A stretch of DNA of 64,000 nucleotides from an uncultured Bacteroidota bacterium (GCA_963717445.1 OY970334.1:3987704-4051703), one strand, 5' to 3'; positions 9,906 through 22,198 are shown, counted from the stretch's first letter. Made by a program: numbers and translations. Notes: a model not told the origin generated them from the letters alone.

Positions 9906-12374
9906 ATGTCTAGACAGGCTAATTATTTACTATTCTTTTTCTTCACTATTTTTTCCCCATGGAATTCAAATTGGGCTGTACTAGAAGCCCAATCTCATGA
10001 GCCGGTAGTCCCAATTCAAGCTTCTATTCTAGCTTCAACATCGCCAGAATCAGCTGCCTTGCTACTTTCGGATTCCAAGGATACTGTTTCTTCAGCGTTG
10101 CCGATTGCCCGGAATAATCAAAAGATTGTTAAAAACGGTTCGGACTCGACCGCGAGCATTGCAACGGACACGGCAGATGAAGGGGATGGAGAGGTAATTG
10201 CCGTTCGCCTGGAATCAGCCAGGCAGCATTATCTTTCAGCGTTGCAGGCGCAGGCGATTCGCGATTCGGTTCTCTCTGCCGATGAATTTGAACAGGCAAT
10301 CGGAATCCTCAACGAGATTAGCTATTATCCCGACATCGAGAATAATCAAGAATACAACGACCTCAGCCGTAGCGTCGTAGAAGACTACGAAAAATATATT
10401 GCGAGCATTGATGAGCTTGGACCTGAGAGCTCTGTTTTTGCTTTGCGCGAAAAGCTAAACCTCGACATTGAGAATATTGATATCTCAAAAATCAAAATAC
10501 CGAATGTTCCCATTCCCGAAACGACAATTCCGATGAAAATGAACGACCTCGTTGAAAAGAACATTTTGTTTTTTATCGACAAAGGCCGGGAACATTTCGA
10601 GCGATGGCTCTATCTTTCGGGGAAATATTTTCCCGCTATTTCCCGGATTTTTACCCAAGAAGGCGTGCCGAAAGAAATGATGTATCTCGCTATGATGGAA
10701 AGCGGTTTGAATCCGTCGGCCAGGTCATGGGCGAAAGCCGTCGGAATGTGGCAATTCATGAAAGGGACAGGGGCATTATACGGCCTAAGAGGGAATTACT
10801 GGTATGATGAGAGGCGCGATTACGAAAAATCGACCCGCGCAGCAGCTCGTTATTTGAAGGACCTTCACGACGAATACAACGATTGGCAACTTGCCATCGC
10901 TGCATATAATTCAGGAGGCGGAAGAATAAATAGGGGAATTCGCAGAAGCCACGGGAGCGATTATTGGTCAATGCGCCGTTATTTGCCGCGTGAGACGAGA
11001 AATTACGTGCCTCAATATATCGCCGTTTCGCTGATGGCGATGAACCCGGAAGCATACGGATTCAAGAATGTGCCGCGGGCTGACAGCCTTTCGTACGAGT
11101 ATGTCACCGTCGATGATTGTGTCGATCTGGATGTTTTGGCGGATTGTGCCGGCACAACTGCAGAAACGCTGAGGGAATTGAATCCTGAATTAATCCAATG
11201 GTGCACTCCCCCAAATTACCGGGGCTATAAATTGAGGATTCCGGTAGGTTCGTCCAAGACATTTGCGAAGAAATACGCCCTCATTCCGGACGATCAAAAA
11301 CGTCAGTGGGCTGAACACAAAATACGCCGCGGAGATACTCCCGGCGGGATTGCGCGGAAGTATGGCGTCGCGACATCTGTCCTTCTTGAGGTCAATAAAC
11401 TCACAAGAAGGAGCAGGCTGAGAATCGGGAATTATCTTATTATTCCCATTTCGAAAAAGAGATTGCTTGCCGAGAATGCGCAGCCGGTTGAGCAGCAAGA
11501 ATCAGAGCCGGTTCAGAAGCCGAGTGCTGTTGCTCACCGATTTCATCGGCGGCAAACCGTTGTGCCCCCCGGTCGCGATAAGATAGCGTATGTGGTGAAA
11601 AAAGGGGAAACGCTCGGACACATCGCCGAATGGTTCGATGTAAGGGCCAGCGATTTGCGAAACTGGAACAATATCCCATACGGAAGATCCATTCAGATTG
11701 GCCAAACAGTGAATGTATGGGTCCCGTCAGAGAAATTGGGACAGTACACAAAAATTGCTGCAATGAGTTTCGATCAGAAGAACTCGCTTAAAACCCTGCC
11801 GTCGGCGAAGGTTCAAGCGAATATAGAGGGTGGGGACAAGGCGGACGAAAGCAATCATTGGGTCCAGCATATCGTGAAAAAGGGGGAAACGCTTGAGAAA
11901 ATTGCCAGCGACTACAATGTAGCCATTGCGGATTTAAAGAGCTGGAACAAAATACGCCGGAGCAAGATTTTCGCAGGCAAAACACTTGAGGTATATGTTG
12001 AATCGCCTGCAAGTCCTTCCATGGAAACCCCAACAATACAGAAGCCTGCGACGGTAAAAGTAGCGCCTATCAAAGAGAAGACCGTTCGACACAGGGTAAA
12101 GAAAGGAGAGACGCTTGAGAAGATCGCCGGCATCTATAATGTATCGATAGCAGATATCAAGAAATGGAACAGGCTTTCTACCTCCCGCGTCGTAACGGGA
12201 AAGAGACTTAAAATTCGACTCACCTCGGACAACGTCGACTATTATCGCGTTCGCTCCGGCGATACGTTGTGGGATATATCAAAAAAATTCGGCGTGTCGG
12301 TTGATGACATTCAGCGCTGGAATGACATGGCCGACAATATCCGGGTCGGTGATAAACTTATTATTTACCACTGA
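9906..12374 (+). CDS. LysM-repeat lytic transglycosylase (MltD-like)
   Basis: SLT motifs [26 protein letters not shown]; five clear LysM repeats plus one degenerate. Confidence 0.93.
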   Translation: MSRQANYLLFFFFTIFSPWNSNWAVLEAQSHEPVVPIQASILASTSPESAALLLSDSKDTVSSALPIARNNQKIVKNGSDSTASIATDTADEGDGEVIAVRLESARQHYLSALQAQAIRDSVLSADEFEQAIGILNEISYYPDIENNQEYNDLSRSVVEDYEKYIASIDELGPESSVFALREKLNLDIENIDISKIKIPNVPIPETTIPMKMNDLVEKNILFFIDKGREHFERWLYLSGKYFPAISRIFTQEGVPKEMMYLAMMESGLNPSARSWAKAVGMWQFMKGTGALYGLRGNYWYDERRDYEKSTRAAARYLKDLHDEYNDWQLAIAAYNSGGGRINRGIRRSHGSDYWSMRRYLPRETRNYVPQYIAVSLMAMNPEAYGFKNVPRADSLSYEYVTVDDCVDLDVLADCAGTTAETLRELNPELIQWCTPPNYRGYKLRIPVGSSKTFAKKYALIPDDQKRQWAEHKIRRGDTPGGIARKYGVATSVLLEVNKLTRRSRLRIGNYLIIPISKKRLLAENAQPVEQQESEPVQKPSAVAHRFHRRQTVVPPGRDKIAYVVKKGETLGHIAEWFDVRASDLRNWNNIPYGRSIQIGQTVNVWVPSEKLGQYTKIAAMSFDQKNSLKTLPSAKVQANIEGGDKADESNHWVQHIVKKGETLEKIASDYNVAIADLKSWNKIRRSKIFAGKTLEVYVESPASPSMETPTIQKPATVKVAPIKEKTVRHRVKKGETLEKIAGIYNVSIADIKKWNRLSTSRVVTGKRLKIRLTSDNVDYYRVRSGDTLWDISKKFGVSVDDIQRWNDMADNIRVGDKLIIYH

Positions 12375-12554
12375 CACTGTTACGGTAGTATTGTTCTTTT
12401 GTTAATTTATAATTCCCTCCTTGCTTCTTTTTCAAGATGCATGTATATTCCTGCTAAGAAATACGTGCATCGAGCGCGTCTGTCCATCACCCGCAAAGTT
12501 CACCGTTTCCAGTAATTTCTTTACGAGAGATTCACCATCACCTTTTGATACTCC

Positions 12555-14816
12555 TTGCATACTTCATCCCATCGAAATATCATTGCTTCGATCCTCGTCT
12601 TGCCTCTTCTTTTGTTGTTTACAGATCGGAGTTCTTCTCAAACCGAGTCCGATCGTCCTGCATCTGTTCCCGTGTCGTTGAGAAAAGCCGCCGATGATGA
12701 TGCGACAAAATATACCTCCGTCGGCAACGTTCGCATGACCATCACGAATTTCGGAACCCTCGGTACGAATTTCAATAATTGGCCTGCCCAGCCTTCATGT
12801 GAATATCCTAAAGGGTCGAGGATTGAGAACCTTGCCTTAGGAGGGTTATGGATTGGCGGCATCATACGCCAAGTAGGTGTTCCGACTGTTTCAACGGCTT
12901 GTGCGGATGGAGGGAATCCGTTACTCCTGGGAGCCGGTTTTGAATTCACAACCGAACCGGGGTCGCAGATCACTCAGCGCTCTTCGTTGTCCGGCGATAC
13001 TTATTATAGCGTCAATGCAGTGAGTCATCAGGATTTTGTGATGGACTTTACGGACCGATACACGCGCGATCCGGAGACGGGTGATTCTATACCGAACCAT
13101 ACGCCGATTGGACTGACAGTTCACCTGGAATCATACGCATGGAACTTTCCCTTCTCAGACTTTTTCGTAATTCTAAATTACACTATAAAGAACATTGGTA
13201 CCGATACGATAGACGGAATGTACGTCGGGGTGCGGAATGAAGGTGTCGTGCGCAATATGAATCTCTCCGGCTATCAAGCGAGCTCCGCCTTTTTTAGCAG
13301 CGGCAAGGGCTACATTGACAGCTTGCGGTTGGCATATACGTTCGATGTCAATGGTCAGCCGTATGGTCCTCCGGCGAACAGTTATTTTGGATTTAAGCTG
13401 CTCGGCACGAATCCGTTCCCTCTCAAACGTGATTCAACAGGAGCTTTTGGCGCTTTTTCCTTGGACTCGCTTGGCGACCTCTATAAAGACACGTATTACA
13501 ACGGATGGAAATATAATAACACGAGTTCTGGAACTGAGGCATATTTTTACCCCGATGTCGACAATAATCCGGGCGATCCCCCGCGTGGAAAATATCAGAG
13601 AATGTCGACCATGGAGGCGAGGAACTATATTCAATCGCTTGGTACGCCGCAGGGGACTCCAGTATTATCGGATGGTGTCACTCCCGGAATTGCACCATCG
13701 AATACTGTTGATCTTCTTTCTGTCGGACCTTTTCCTTCCCTCGCTCCAGGAGACACTCTTAATGTAGTCTTTGCAGTCGTTTGCGCAAAAAAAAGCGGAA
13801 CCGCTCTGCCGAGTGAAGACTACGACCCCAAGATAGGTCCGACATTACGAAAAACCCTCTATACGAACGCCGGCTGGGCACAACAGTGCTACAATGGCGA
13901 AGACCTGAACGGCAACAACAGACTCGATCCCGGCGAAGACATTATCGGGGATGGAAAACTTCACCGCTATATTCTTCCTCAACCGCCGCGCCAACCGCGT
14001 GTGCGCGCCGTAGTAGAGAACCAGCAGGCGATTATCTATTGGGACAGGACACAGGCAGAAGAAAGTTTCGACCCGATCTCTAAACAATATGATTTTGAGG
14101 GATATAGGATTTACCGTTCCCCCGCCGGAGCGGACATCAAAGATCCTACAGATTTCATTCTCTCGATGGACCTCGTTGGCGACTTTGACCGCGCAGACGA
14201 TAATATCGGCTATAACACCGGGTTTGGCGCAATCAAGCTTACCACTCCCAAAATGTTTCCCGGGGATACGGTCCAATATTGGTATCGTTTTCCTCCAATA
14301 TCAGATAATATTACAAGCTTGAACGGTTGGCAGTATTTGTACGGAGTTTCGGCGTACAGCCAGCCTGACTCAGCGGAAGGATTGCCAAGCCTTGAAAGTG
14401 CGAAGGTCATTGTTCGGGTCATTCCTGGAACGCCGCCGACCTCGGACAAATCTGTAGCCATCGGCGTCTATCCAAACCCGTACTACGCAGGAGCATCGTG
14501 GGATGGTTCCGGGGAGCGCGATCGTAAAATTTATTTTTATAATCTGCCTGCACATGCCGACATTAAGATATACACATTGAGCGGAGATCTCGTTACCGAA
14601 ATCATCCATGATGCCTCAACGTACGACGGATCGGATATCAAGTGGTTTCAGAATTTTTCCGGACTCGGCGTTTCCCCTCAGTTCGCCGGTGGCGAACATG
14701 CATGGGACCTGATTTCCAAGTATGACCAGGCGATTGCGACGGGACTGTATCTTTTTACCGTGAAGGACCTCTCGACAGGAACAATAAAAAGAGGAAAATT
14801 TGTCGTGATAAAATGA
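12555..14816 (+). CDS. Secreted hypothetical protein with FN3-like region and FlgD/T9SS-type C-terminal Ig domain
   Basis: Signal peptide; DLNGNNRLDPGED Ca-binding-like loop; FEGYRIYRS; VYPNPY...KIYTLSGDLV...WDL...GLYLF...GKFVVIK. Confidence 0.75.
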   Translation: MHTSSHRNIIASILVLPLLLLFTDRSSSQTESDRPASVPVSLRKAADDDATKYTSVGNVRMTITNFGTLGTNFNNWPAQPSCEYPKGSRIENLALGGLWIGGIIRQVGVPTVSTACADGGNPLLLGAGFEFTTEPGSQITQRSSLSGDTYYSVNAVSHQDFVMDFTDRYTRDPETGDSIPNHTPIGLTVHLESYAWNFPFSDFFVILNYTIKNIGTDTIDGMYVGVRNEGVVRNMNLSGYQASSAFFSSGKGYIDSLRLAYTFDVNGQPYGPPANSYFGFKLLGTNPFPLKRDSTGAFGAFSLDSLGDLYKDTYYNGWKYNNTSSGTEAYFYPDVDNNPGDPPRGKYQRMSTMEARNYIQSLGTPQGTPVLSDGVTPGIAPSNTVDLLSVGPFPSLAPGDTLNVVFAVVCAKKSGTALPSEDYDPKIGPTLRKTLYTNAGWAQQCYNGEDLNGNNRLDPGEDIIGDGKLHRYILPQPPRQPRVRAVVENQQAIIYWDRTQAEESFDPISKQYDFEGYRIYRSPAGADIKDPTDFILSMDLVGDFDRADDNIGYNTGFGAIKLTTPKMFPGDTVQYWYRFPPISDNITSLNGWQYLYGVSAYSQPDSAEGLPSLESAKVIVRVIPGTPPTSDKSVAIGVYPNPYYAGASWDGSGERDRKIYFYNLPAHADIKIYTLSGDLVTEIIHDASTYDGSDIKWFQNFSGLGVSPQFAGGEHAWDLISKYDQAIATGLYLFTVKDLSTGTIKRGKFVVIK

Positions 14817-14820
14817 ATAT

Positions 14821-14853
14821 AGCCATCCGAAGGTTTCAAACCTTCGGATGGCT
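14821..14853. repeat. Perfect 33-bp palindrome (REP-like / terminator)
   Basis: AGCCATCCGAAGGTTT-C-AAACCTTCGGATGGCT; related hairpin CCTTTCCGAAGG-TAT-CCTTCGGAAAGG at 60732-60758. Confidence 0.75.
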
Positions 14854-14918
14854 GATGCTAAAAGAATTTAACTTCATTCAAATAATCTACTAATTTTCAG
14901 CAAGGAGAGGAGAGCATT

Positions 14919-17225
14919 ATGAAGAAAGTTCTACTTATTGTCTTGGTGACCGCCATATACATTGCCAGCGCTTTTGCGGGAGGTCAGTCGGTTAAGCACT
15001 CGTCCCGCCGTCATATCTCAAGTTTTCAATCTACTCCATATCCGCTTGTAACCATACATGACATACAGTTTGTGTCTCCCGATTCGCTGAAGATTGCCGA
15101 TTCCTTGGGATACAACACGGGAGCTCGATGGACATTGCAAACCTCACCATATAATAATGATACTGTTACGGTGGTTGTGCTTGTGACTGTACCTGCGAGA
15201 ATTATAAGCTACACCAACGACGGTCTGACGCTCGCTGTTGTCGACACAGGAGTCGGCGGCACTCAACCGTGGGGCGGCGTTCTTGTCCGGTATCCTAATA
15301 CAAACGACAGCACTGATTTCGACGCTGACGGTTACTATGATGTCGAGCAAGGGGATATCATAGAAATGACAGGCGTGATCGGAGAGTTCCCCCTAAGTCA
15401 GATGAACAGTCTCACACAATTTGCGCCGGTTCCGCATATCCCGGTTCAAATTCTTTCATCGGGCAACCCGGTGCCCCCTCCCGTCCATCTTACGATCAGT
15501 GATTTCAACCTCGGCCTAAATCCCGGTGGCAAAATCATATTCTCAATCGGTGAGCAATGGGAATCGCAGTACATTTATTTGACAAACGTGACGGTGGTGG
15601 GAAACGTGAACACGGCTCGCGGCACATTCTTTTTTACTGACGGCACAAATCAACTGTCGGACTACGACTGGTCGTATCATTTTACCTTGAGTCCGAGTGA
15701 TCAGGCTCAACCGACAACTCCGGCAGATACTAGCTACAAAGTTCCTCCGGCTGGAACCCAGATCGATACGATCAAGGGTTATGTCGCGACATCGTCGGGG
15801 GGAGAATCAGCGCGCGGCTATCGTATATGTCCAATGTGGCCCGGGGATATTGTGTATAATACAAAAGCTCCTCCAGGAATAGCCACAGAAAGGCGTTACC
15901 CTGTTGTCGTTGCCAAAGACAGCACGCCTCTCATCACTGTGAAGGCATACCAAGCGACCAATCCTTTGGCGACAACATATCCTCTCGATACGGTGCAATT
16001 ACTCTATAGTGTAAACAATGCGAGTTGGCAGGCTGTTGGTATGACGGCGCCCCAAGCAGCCGTAGACTCGAACTACCAGGCACGAATTCCGACTCAACCG
16101 GCTGGGACTGTTGTACGTTATTTCGCCAGAGTTATCGATAAAAACGCCGATACCTCGATTCTGGGGAATGGTGAAACTCTGACTCAGCACGACACATCAA
16201 GCGGGTTTTTCTTTTACAAGGTTCTCGATCGATCCACTCAATCCTTGTTATCCATTCATGACATTCAGTACACACCGTATGTAAACGGTCGCAGCCCGTA
16301 CGTTGGGGCAATAGATTCCACCGGAGGTATTGTCACGGCAGATACTGCAAGCTTGCTTTTGTCTCCGCTAAGCACAGGGGGAACAAACGCATGGTATATT
16401 CAGAGCACGAATCAGCCATTTAGCGGGCTGTGGGTAACCGGGCCGGATTCGTTACTAACGCCTCTTAAAAACGGTGACAGCGTTATTGTTGCGGGAGAGG
16501 TGACAGAAAGCGCTGACGTGACACAACTAGAGTTAGTGACCTCGGTTCGCATTATCTCTCACAATAATCCTTTGCCCGTCCCTGTAAAATTGCAAACTTC
16601 TTTATTCGGTCCTGCAGTGAGCAATGGAAATTTGGGTGCTGAACCGTATGAAGGAATGTTGGTCGAGTTCGATTCGTGCACGGTAGATCAGACCTATCCA
16701 ATTTTTGTCGATCCCACACTTTTTGAAGCCTCCAATAGCTCTGCTCCGATTCTTGTAAGGAGAGATGGCCGGAATACATATTCAAACGTTCCGGCTGATT
16801 CATCCGTTGGAGACATCATTCTGAGCACGGGTAACAAGATCGCAAAACTCACCGGCATTATCTATTATGACAACAACAATTACATGGTTGTGCCGAGGAC
16901 GAACGCCGATTATAGCGGAGTTGTGGTGACTTCAGTGGCAGAGCATTTGTCGATATTACCCGATCATTTTGAGATGGATCAAAATTATCCGAATCCATTC
17001 AACCCCTCAACGACAATTCGCTATTCGGTCCCGACTGCTGGTAAGGTGTTAATGAAAATATACAACGTACTCGGTCAGGAAGTTGCGACGCTCGTCAACA
17101 CCCAGCAATCGGCCGGCACATACAACGTCACATTTAATGCCTCGAGACTTGCCAGCGGAATGTATTTTTATAGAATCTCTTCCGGCAGTTTTGTGCAGGT
17201 TAAAAAAATGCTGCTGGTAAAATAA
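14919..17225 (+). CDS. Secreted protein with two OB-fold-like repeats and a Por/T9SS C-terminal sorting domain
   Basis: Internal repeat TIHDIQF / SIHDIQY; GDxIxxxGxxxE...TQ; EPYEGMLV; DQNYPNPFNPSTTIRY...LASGMYFYR...KKMLLVK. Confidence 0.8.
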   Translation: MKKVLLIVLVTAIYIASAFAGGQSVKHSSRRHISSFQSTPYPLVTIHDIQFVSPDSLKIADSLGYNTGARWTLQTSPYNNDTVTVVVLVTVPARIISYTNDGLTLAVVDTGVGGTQPWGGVLVRYPNTNDSTDFDADGYYDVEQGDIIEMTGVIGEFPLSQMNSLTQFAPVPHIPVQILSSGNPVPPPVHLTISDFNLGLNPGGKIIFSIGEQWESQYIYLTNVTVVGNVNTARGTFFFTDGTNQLSDYDWSYHFTLSPSDQAQPTTPADTSYKVPPAGTQIDTIKGYVATSSGGESARGYRICPMWPGDIVYNTKAPPGIATERRYPVVVAKDSTPLITVKAYQATNPLATTYPLDTVQLLYSVNNASWQAVGMTAPQAAVDSNYQARIPTQPAGTVVRYFARVIDKNADTSILGNGETLTQHDTSSGFFFYKVLDRSTQSLLSIHDIQYTPYVNGRSPYVGAIDSTGGIVTADTASLLLSPLSTGGTNAWYIQSTNQPFSGLWVTGPDSLLTPLKNGDSVIVAGEVTESADVTQLELVTSVRIISHNNPLPVPVKLQTSLFGPAVSNGNLGAEPYEGMLVEFDSCTVDQTYPIFVDPTLFEASNSSAPILVRRDGRNTYSNVPADSSVGDIILSTGNKIAKLTGIIYYDNNNYMVVPRTNADYSGVVVTSVAEHLSILPDHFEMDQNYPNPFNPSTTIRYSVPTAGKVLMKIYNVLGQEVATLVNTQQSAGTYNVTFNASRLASGMYFYRISSGSFVQVKKMLLVK

Positions 17226-17230
17226 GAACC

Positions 17231-17277
17231 GACCCCATCCTTTCCCTCCCCTGTAAGGGGAGAGTAGGGAGGGGTGG
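17231..17277. repeat. Intergenic palindrome (CCCTCCCC...GGGAGGGG type)
   Basis: CCCTCCCCTGTAAGGGGAGAGTAGGGAGGGG immediately after the 17225 stop. Confidence 0.5.
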
Positions 17278-17347
17278 CATTCCGTTAATTCACGATCTTC
17301 ACTGGGCGATATCATTGTAACAGGCCAGGTGGACGAAGAAAAAAGAA

Positions 17348-19145
17348 ATGAAACTCTATTTTTTCCACGCCATACTCTTCACGGCATTTGTCCTTTTGTT
17401 TGGAAGCTGCACCAAAGAATTCACTAACGAACCAAAGCCAAACGTTCCCCCTTCGACACGGCTATGGCTAACTCCGGATACCGTTCTTCTCGAGACCATA
17501 TCACGTCAGCATGTTTACTGGTATGGTGAGGACCCGGACGGCATGGTTGAGGGTTATCTTCTTGCTGTAGGGAATTTTAAACCACCTCCAAAGAGTATCC
17601 CTTCTCCCGACACGATGACGTATACGTGGGTTACGATCACCGATACTTTGATTGCGCTTCCGTTGCGTGCCATACGCGACACCTTCACGGTGGTCGTTCG
17701 GGCGGTTGATAACACATTCAAGCAGCCGGCGATATTGCCGGAGGGGGCGATCATCCGGATGATGCCGACACCGTACCTGGGATAAGGACACGAACGGCGT
17801 ATATGATGCAGGAGATGTTGCGCTGAGTAGTATTCAGCGCGCTGCGGACCCCAAGGGAGCCATCCTTCCTTTCCCCATTCGCAACACACCGCCAACGGTG
17901 CAATTTGCAGCTAATCCCGTGGACTCGTCGACAATACAACAGCCCGAAACTACATACACGGTTGCTACTTTTTCCTGGGTCGGGCATGATGCTGATGGCG
18001 ACAACACGATAGTCTCGTATCGCATTGCTTTGAATGACACGACTTCTCCGTCAAGCTGGATGACACTTAACAACAATGCGAAACTTGTAACAATAGCGGT
18101 TCCTCGATCAGTCAGCGATCCTGCTCCCGACAACGGGACGGTCAGTGCCTCCGTTTACACCGGAATATTTCCGGGGCTGCAATACCAGGGGACAATTTCC
18201 GGTCTGAAGCTGAATGCTCAAAATGTTTTGTACGTGCAGGATAAGGATGTTGCGGGGGAGTATAGCAAGGCCGCCCGCATGCCTTCTTCGTCGACTGGAT
18301 ATTGGTTTGTGAAAAAACCGAAAGGGAGAATGCTGGTTGTTAAGGATTACAATCAACCCGATTCAACCACTGCCCTGCAAGTGTATCATACAGTTTTTTC
18401 CGACCCGAGCATTGCCGGAGGCGCATTTGGGAATTTCGATGTCTTCAACGTCGGTTACGGTTTGTCATCATCCGATAAATTGAATCAGACACCGGATTCG
18501 ACGTATGGAAGTTTTGTCCCGGCGAATATCAATCCTGCCTTTATTCTCACTCTCCAGTTATACAGCCTTGTGTACTGGTTCAGCGACCTGTATCCGAGCT
18601 ACACACCGGCACAGATCGGATTATTTAATTTTACGCAACGCGGCGGGAAAGTAATTTTTTCGACAACGTTTCCTGAAAACATTTCTTTCCCGGATATCAG
18701 CGCGCTGAACGACTTTGCACCTATCGACAGCGTAACGACGGACCCCAATTCAACTTCAACTGTCCCCACGAACGCAGATAATCGCGTGCCGTTTGGCACG
18801 ATGCTTCAACCGTTTGATTCGACGAGCGGTTACCCGGCTCTAACGTTCGGACCGCGTCCAGCCGGCGGTGGGCAATTTGTCACCCCGTCTCCGAGTTGGC
18901 GCCGCATCTATAAGCGAATCGATGCTCAATATATCTATCAGATGGATTCTGTGTATACGGATAGTTCTTCGACTCCGCCGCAGTTGAAGAAAGAGCGGTT
19001 CTTGGGCTCTCCTCCAATCGCTGTGATCGACAATGCGAAAACGTTTGTTCTTGTCGCGGTACCTGTTCATTTGTTAAACGGAAATACCGCTGCTCTCACG
19101 GCGTTTTTCCGCAAAGTGATTGTTGACCAATTTGGACTCCAATGA
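17348..19145 (+). pseudogene. Lipoprotein split by a +1 frameshift (about 598 aa if repaired)
   Basis: Lipobox LLFGS-C. Removing one C from TACCTGG (17774-80) joins ORF 17348-17785 to ORF 17898-19145 through YWDKDTNGVYDAGD...FPIRNTPPTVQF. Confidence 0.75.
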
Positions 19146-19203
19146 TGTCAGCCTTCGCGAAACATACTCAATATCCGATCGGAAATTTTCTGTCTCCGTG
19201 GAA

Positions 19204-19275
19204 CTCTGTGCATCTCTGCGTGTCTCTGTGTAATGAAAACAGAATTCCACAGAGACACACGGGGATGGCGCAGAG
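19204..19275. repeat. Intergenic palindrome (CTCTGTG...CACAGAG type)
   Basis: TGTCTCTGTG (19221-30) / CACAGAGACA (19248-57) perfect arms with further outer pairing. Confidence 0.65.
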
Positions 19276-19351
19276 GGGCACGAAGAAGAATTCTGTAACC
19301 AGACTTTTCGGCGGCATGCCGAGTATCGCGCATAAAATGCTTCCTGCGGAA

Positions 19352-22186
19352 ATGTCGCTCCATCGAATGCGCAATTGCATTCCTCTCTCTTTTCTCCTCA
19401 TTCTTATATTTTCTCTCCCTCTCCTTGCCCAATCGACTGGTTCAATTGCGGGAAAGATTGTCGACTCAAAAACAGGCGAGGGATTGCCGAGCGTGAACGT
19501 GCTTGTGAAAGGAACGTATTATGGAGCCTCGAGCGATGTTGACGGGAAATTTACGATTGCAAAAGTCAATCCGGGCGTGTACGATGTTTCCATCACCCTA
19601 CTCGGTTATAAAGCCGTCGAGTATACGGGTATAAAGGTAGAAACAGGGAAGACTGTTTCTCTCGACGTCAAACTGGAGGAGACCGAACTGACGCTCGGTA
19701 AGGAAGTCGTTATCATCGGTGAGAAGCCGTTGTTCGACATCGAACAAACGTCGAGCTCTCGTACCGTAAGCAGCAATGATATTAAGGTGACAGCATTGCA
19801 GACGGTGCAGGACATCGTAGGACTTCAAACCGGTGTTGTACAGAGCGACAACCAGATCCATATACGCGGAAGCCGGGGATATGAAAATGCTTACCTTGTC
19901 GATGGAGTTCCGGTCCAGGATATTCTCGGCGGAACGGGATTTGGACTTCAAATCAGTCCGGATGCAATTCAGGACATGGAGGTAATTACCGGCGGATACA
20001 ACGCCGAATATGGTCAGGCCACTTCGGGAGTTATCAGCATCACAACAAAGGACGGATCGACAACGTACCACGGAGGCGTTTCATACAAAACCGATCGAAT
20101 CTGGGGGAATTCGCTCGCGAACTTCAACACCGATATTATGAGTGCTACTCTAGACGGTCCCGTTCCGTTTGCAGCGGCAGTGCTTCCAGGGCAAATGACC
20201 TTCTTCAGCACTTTCAATGGAAATGTCTCCGACGGCTACACGCGATGGGTGCAAGTGATAGGGAGCAATGGGACCCCTGTTGGATACGAATCGGTAGCAC
20301 CGCGTCAACTTATCTCGTCGATTTTCTACGGCTCGAGGTTCGCACCGCGGGATGCCAACGATTATTCGTGGACAGGGAAATTGACATGGAAACCTCAGGC
20401 AACCGAGAAACTCACCTATTCCTATAATGAGTCCGTTACAATTGACCAGAACTCCTCGACGATTCAAACGGCGCTGGAGTATCAAGAGCCGTCTCCGGGT
20501 TACCAATACGACTTTAAAAATATCTTAGATAGTGCAAATACGTTCACTCAAATCAATATCCAGCAGACGGTGTCATGGACCCACACCCTTAATCAAAAAG
20601 CCTTTTACGAGATCCGTCTGAGCCGATACACTGCTCACGTTCGCGGTGACGCCAACGGAAAAGATTATACACAATACAACGAACCAAAAGATATCGTGAC
20701 GTATCCAATTCAGTATTACAATCTGGGAAAAGACACTGTGGGCGTTATTCCCGGCGACGGATTTTATGACACCGGCGGACCGTTTGAATGGCGCGACCAT
20801 TATATCAGCGATTACAGTGTGAAGATGGATTTCACAAATAATTTCACGGAAAAGAACAAATTCAAAACGGGAATTGAATCTCATTTCCAAAACCTCCAAA
20901 TGATCGACATCACCGACCCGTGGATCAAACCGCTGGGCTTGAACAACGACATTTACAATGTCAGCCCGGCGTCGGGCGATCTGTACGCGCAGGACAACAT
21001 CATTATCCACGGTATGATCTTGAATTTCGGGTTACGGTTTGACTATTGGTTTCCAGGAAAATATGTCGACAACGCGGTCAACAATCCCAACGTTCCTCTA
21101 GCATCGGACGCTATCCGTCAACAATATATTGCAAGCACATTCTCATTTTTCGGGAGGCGGTGGAAAGGGCGTATCAGTCCGAGGCTGGGGATTTCTCATC
21201 CGGTGTCGGATAACCAGACGCTCTTTTTCTCGTACGGCCATTTTTCAAAATTGCCCCAGCCGACGTACGTCTATTCGGATCTTACGTCGAGCAGTGCTCA
21301 ATCGACCGAACAGACGATCGGGAACCCTAACCTGAATCCGGAGACAACGGTTGCATACGAACTCGGACTCCGTAATCAGATTACCGAGGATGATGTGTTG
21401 ACGGTGACCGCTTACTACAAGGATATTTTTGATTACATTACTGCGCGAACTGTCCAGGCAACGAGCGTTCGCTTTTCAAGCGGCACGTACACGACCTACA
21501 TCAATTCGGATTACGCGCGGACGCGAGGAGTTGAAATTGAGTATGATAAACGGATCTCGAATAACTTCAATTCTACGTTATCCGGTTCGTATTCCATTGC
21601 AACCGGAAAAAGCTCCGTCGCGAATGAAGCATTGTATGATCTCGTCACAAGCGGTGTTGAACCGACGATCAAAGAAAGCTATATGCCGTGGGATCGCCCG
21701 TTTCAAGCTTCGCTCAATCTCAACTATAAGGTTCCGAAAAACGAGCCTCTCTTCGGATTCGCTCCCGGAGTGCTCGATGATTATTCCATGTTTGTCCGGT
21801 TCTTTTACGAGTCGGGTATGCGCTACACGCCCCTCCTTCCAGCCGGTTATGATGATACAGGCCGGGAGCTTTACGTTACCGATTACAATAATATTGACGG
21901 TGCCGTCGGGCAAAATTGGTTCTACGTTAATCTCAATTTCGACAAGAATATCGAGTATGCAGGGTTGAATATGACGCTGAGTTTTGAAGTAGAAAATCTT
22001 TTCAATAATAAAAATTCTCAAATCATCAATGCAGTGACCGGCCGTGCTTATGAATATGGGGATAACACAACGGGAAACGATCCCCGGTATCCCGAGTTGC
22101 AGGGGCCGATCTCGCCGTATCCATACGATCCGTCAAGGTATCTCGCTCCGCGGACTGCCAAAGTCGGGTTCGGGATACAGTTTTAG
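19352..22186 (+). CDS. TonB-dependent receptor with N-terminal carboxypeptidase-regulatory-like domain
   Basis: TGSIAGKIVDSKTGEGLPSVNV; plug HIRGSR...YLVDGVP...GGYNAEYG; NPNLNPETTVAYELG; C-terminal Phe. Start uncertain (19337-19367). Confidence 0.9.
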   Translation: MSLHRMRNCIPLSFLLILIFSLPLLAQSTGSIAGKIVDSKTGEGLPSVNVLVKGTYYGASSDVDGKFTIAKVNPGVYDVSITLLGYKAVEYTGIKVETGKTVSLDVKLEETELTLGKEVVIIGEKPLFDIEQTSSSRTVSSNDIKVTALQTVQDIVGLQTGVVQSDNQIHIRGSRGYENAYLVDGVPVQDILGGTGFGLQISPDAIQDMEVITGGYNAEYGQATSGVISITTKDGSTTYHGGVSYKTDRIWGNSLANFNTDIMSATLDGPVPFAAAVLPGQMTFFSTFNGNVSDGYTRWVQVIGSNGTPVGYESVAPRQLISSIFYGSRFAPRDANDYSWTGKLTWKPQATEKLTYSYNESVTIDQNSSTIQTALEYQEPSPGYQYDFKNILDSANTFTQINIQQTVSWTHTLNQKAFYEIRLSRYTAHVRGDANGKDYTQYNEPKDIVTYPIQYYNLGKDTVGVIPGDGFYDTGGPFEWRDHYISDYSVKMDFTNNFTEKNKFKTGIESHFQNLQMIDITDPWIKPLGLNNDIYNVSPASGDLYAQDNIIIHGMILNFGLRFDYWFPGKYVDNAVNNPNVPLASDAIRQQYIASTFSFFGRRWKGRISPRLGISHPVSDNQTLFFSYGHFSKLPQPTYVYSDLTSSSAQSTEQTIGNPNLNPETTVAYELGLRNQITEDDVLTVTAYYKDIFDYITARTVQATSVRFSSGTYTTYINSDYARTRGVEIEYDKRISNNFNSTLSGSYSIATGKSSVANEALYDLVTSGVEPTIKESYMPWDRPFQASLNLNYKVPKNEPLFGFAPGVLDDYSMFVRFFYESGMRYTPLLPAGYDDTGRELYVTDYNNIDGAVGQNWFYVNLNFDKNIEYAGLNMTLSFEVENLFNNKNSQIINAVTGRAYEYGDNTTGNDPRYPELQGPISPYPYDPSRYLAPRTAKVGFGIQF

Positions 22187-22198
22187 GAAGAGGGAACA

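Noticed and set aside
9906-12374. Multi-LysM transglycosylase as a novelty
   Set aside because: SLT plus several LysM repeats is a common MltD-like architecture.
19142-19351. Long N-terminal extension of the TBDR
   Set aside because: Runs through the CTCTGTG/CACAGAG palindrome; the signal peptide begins about 70 codons downstream.
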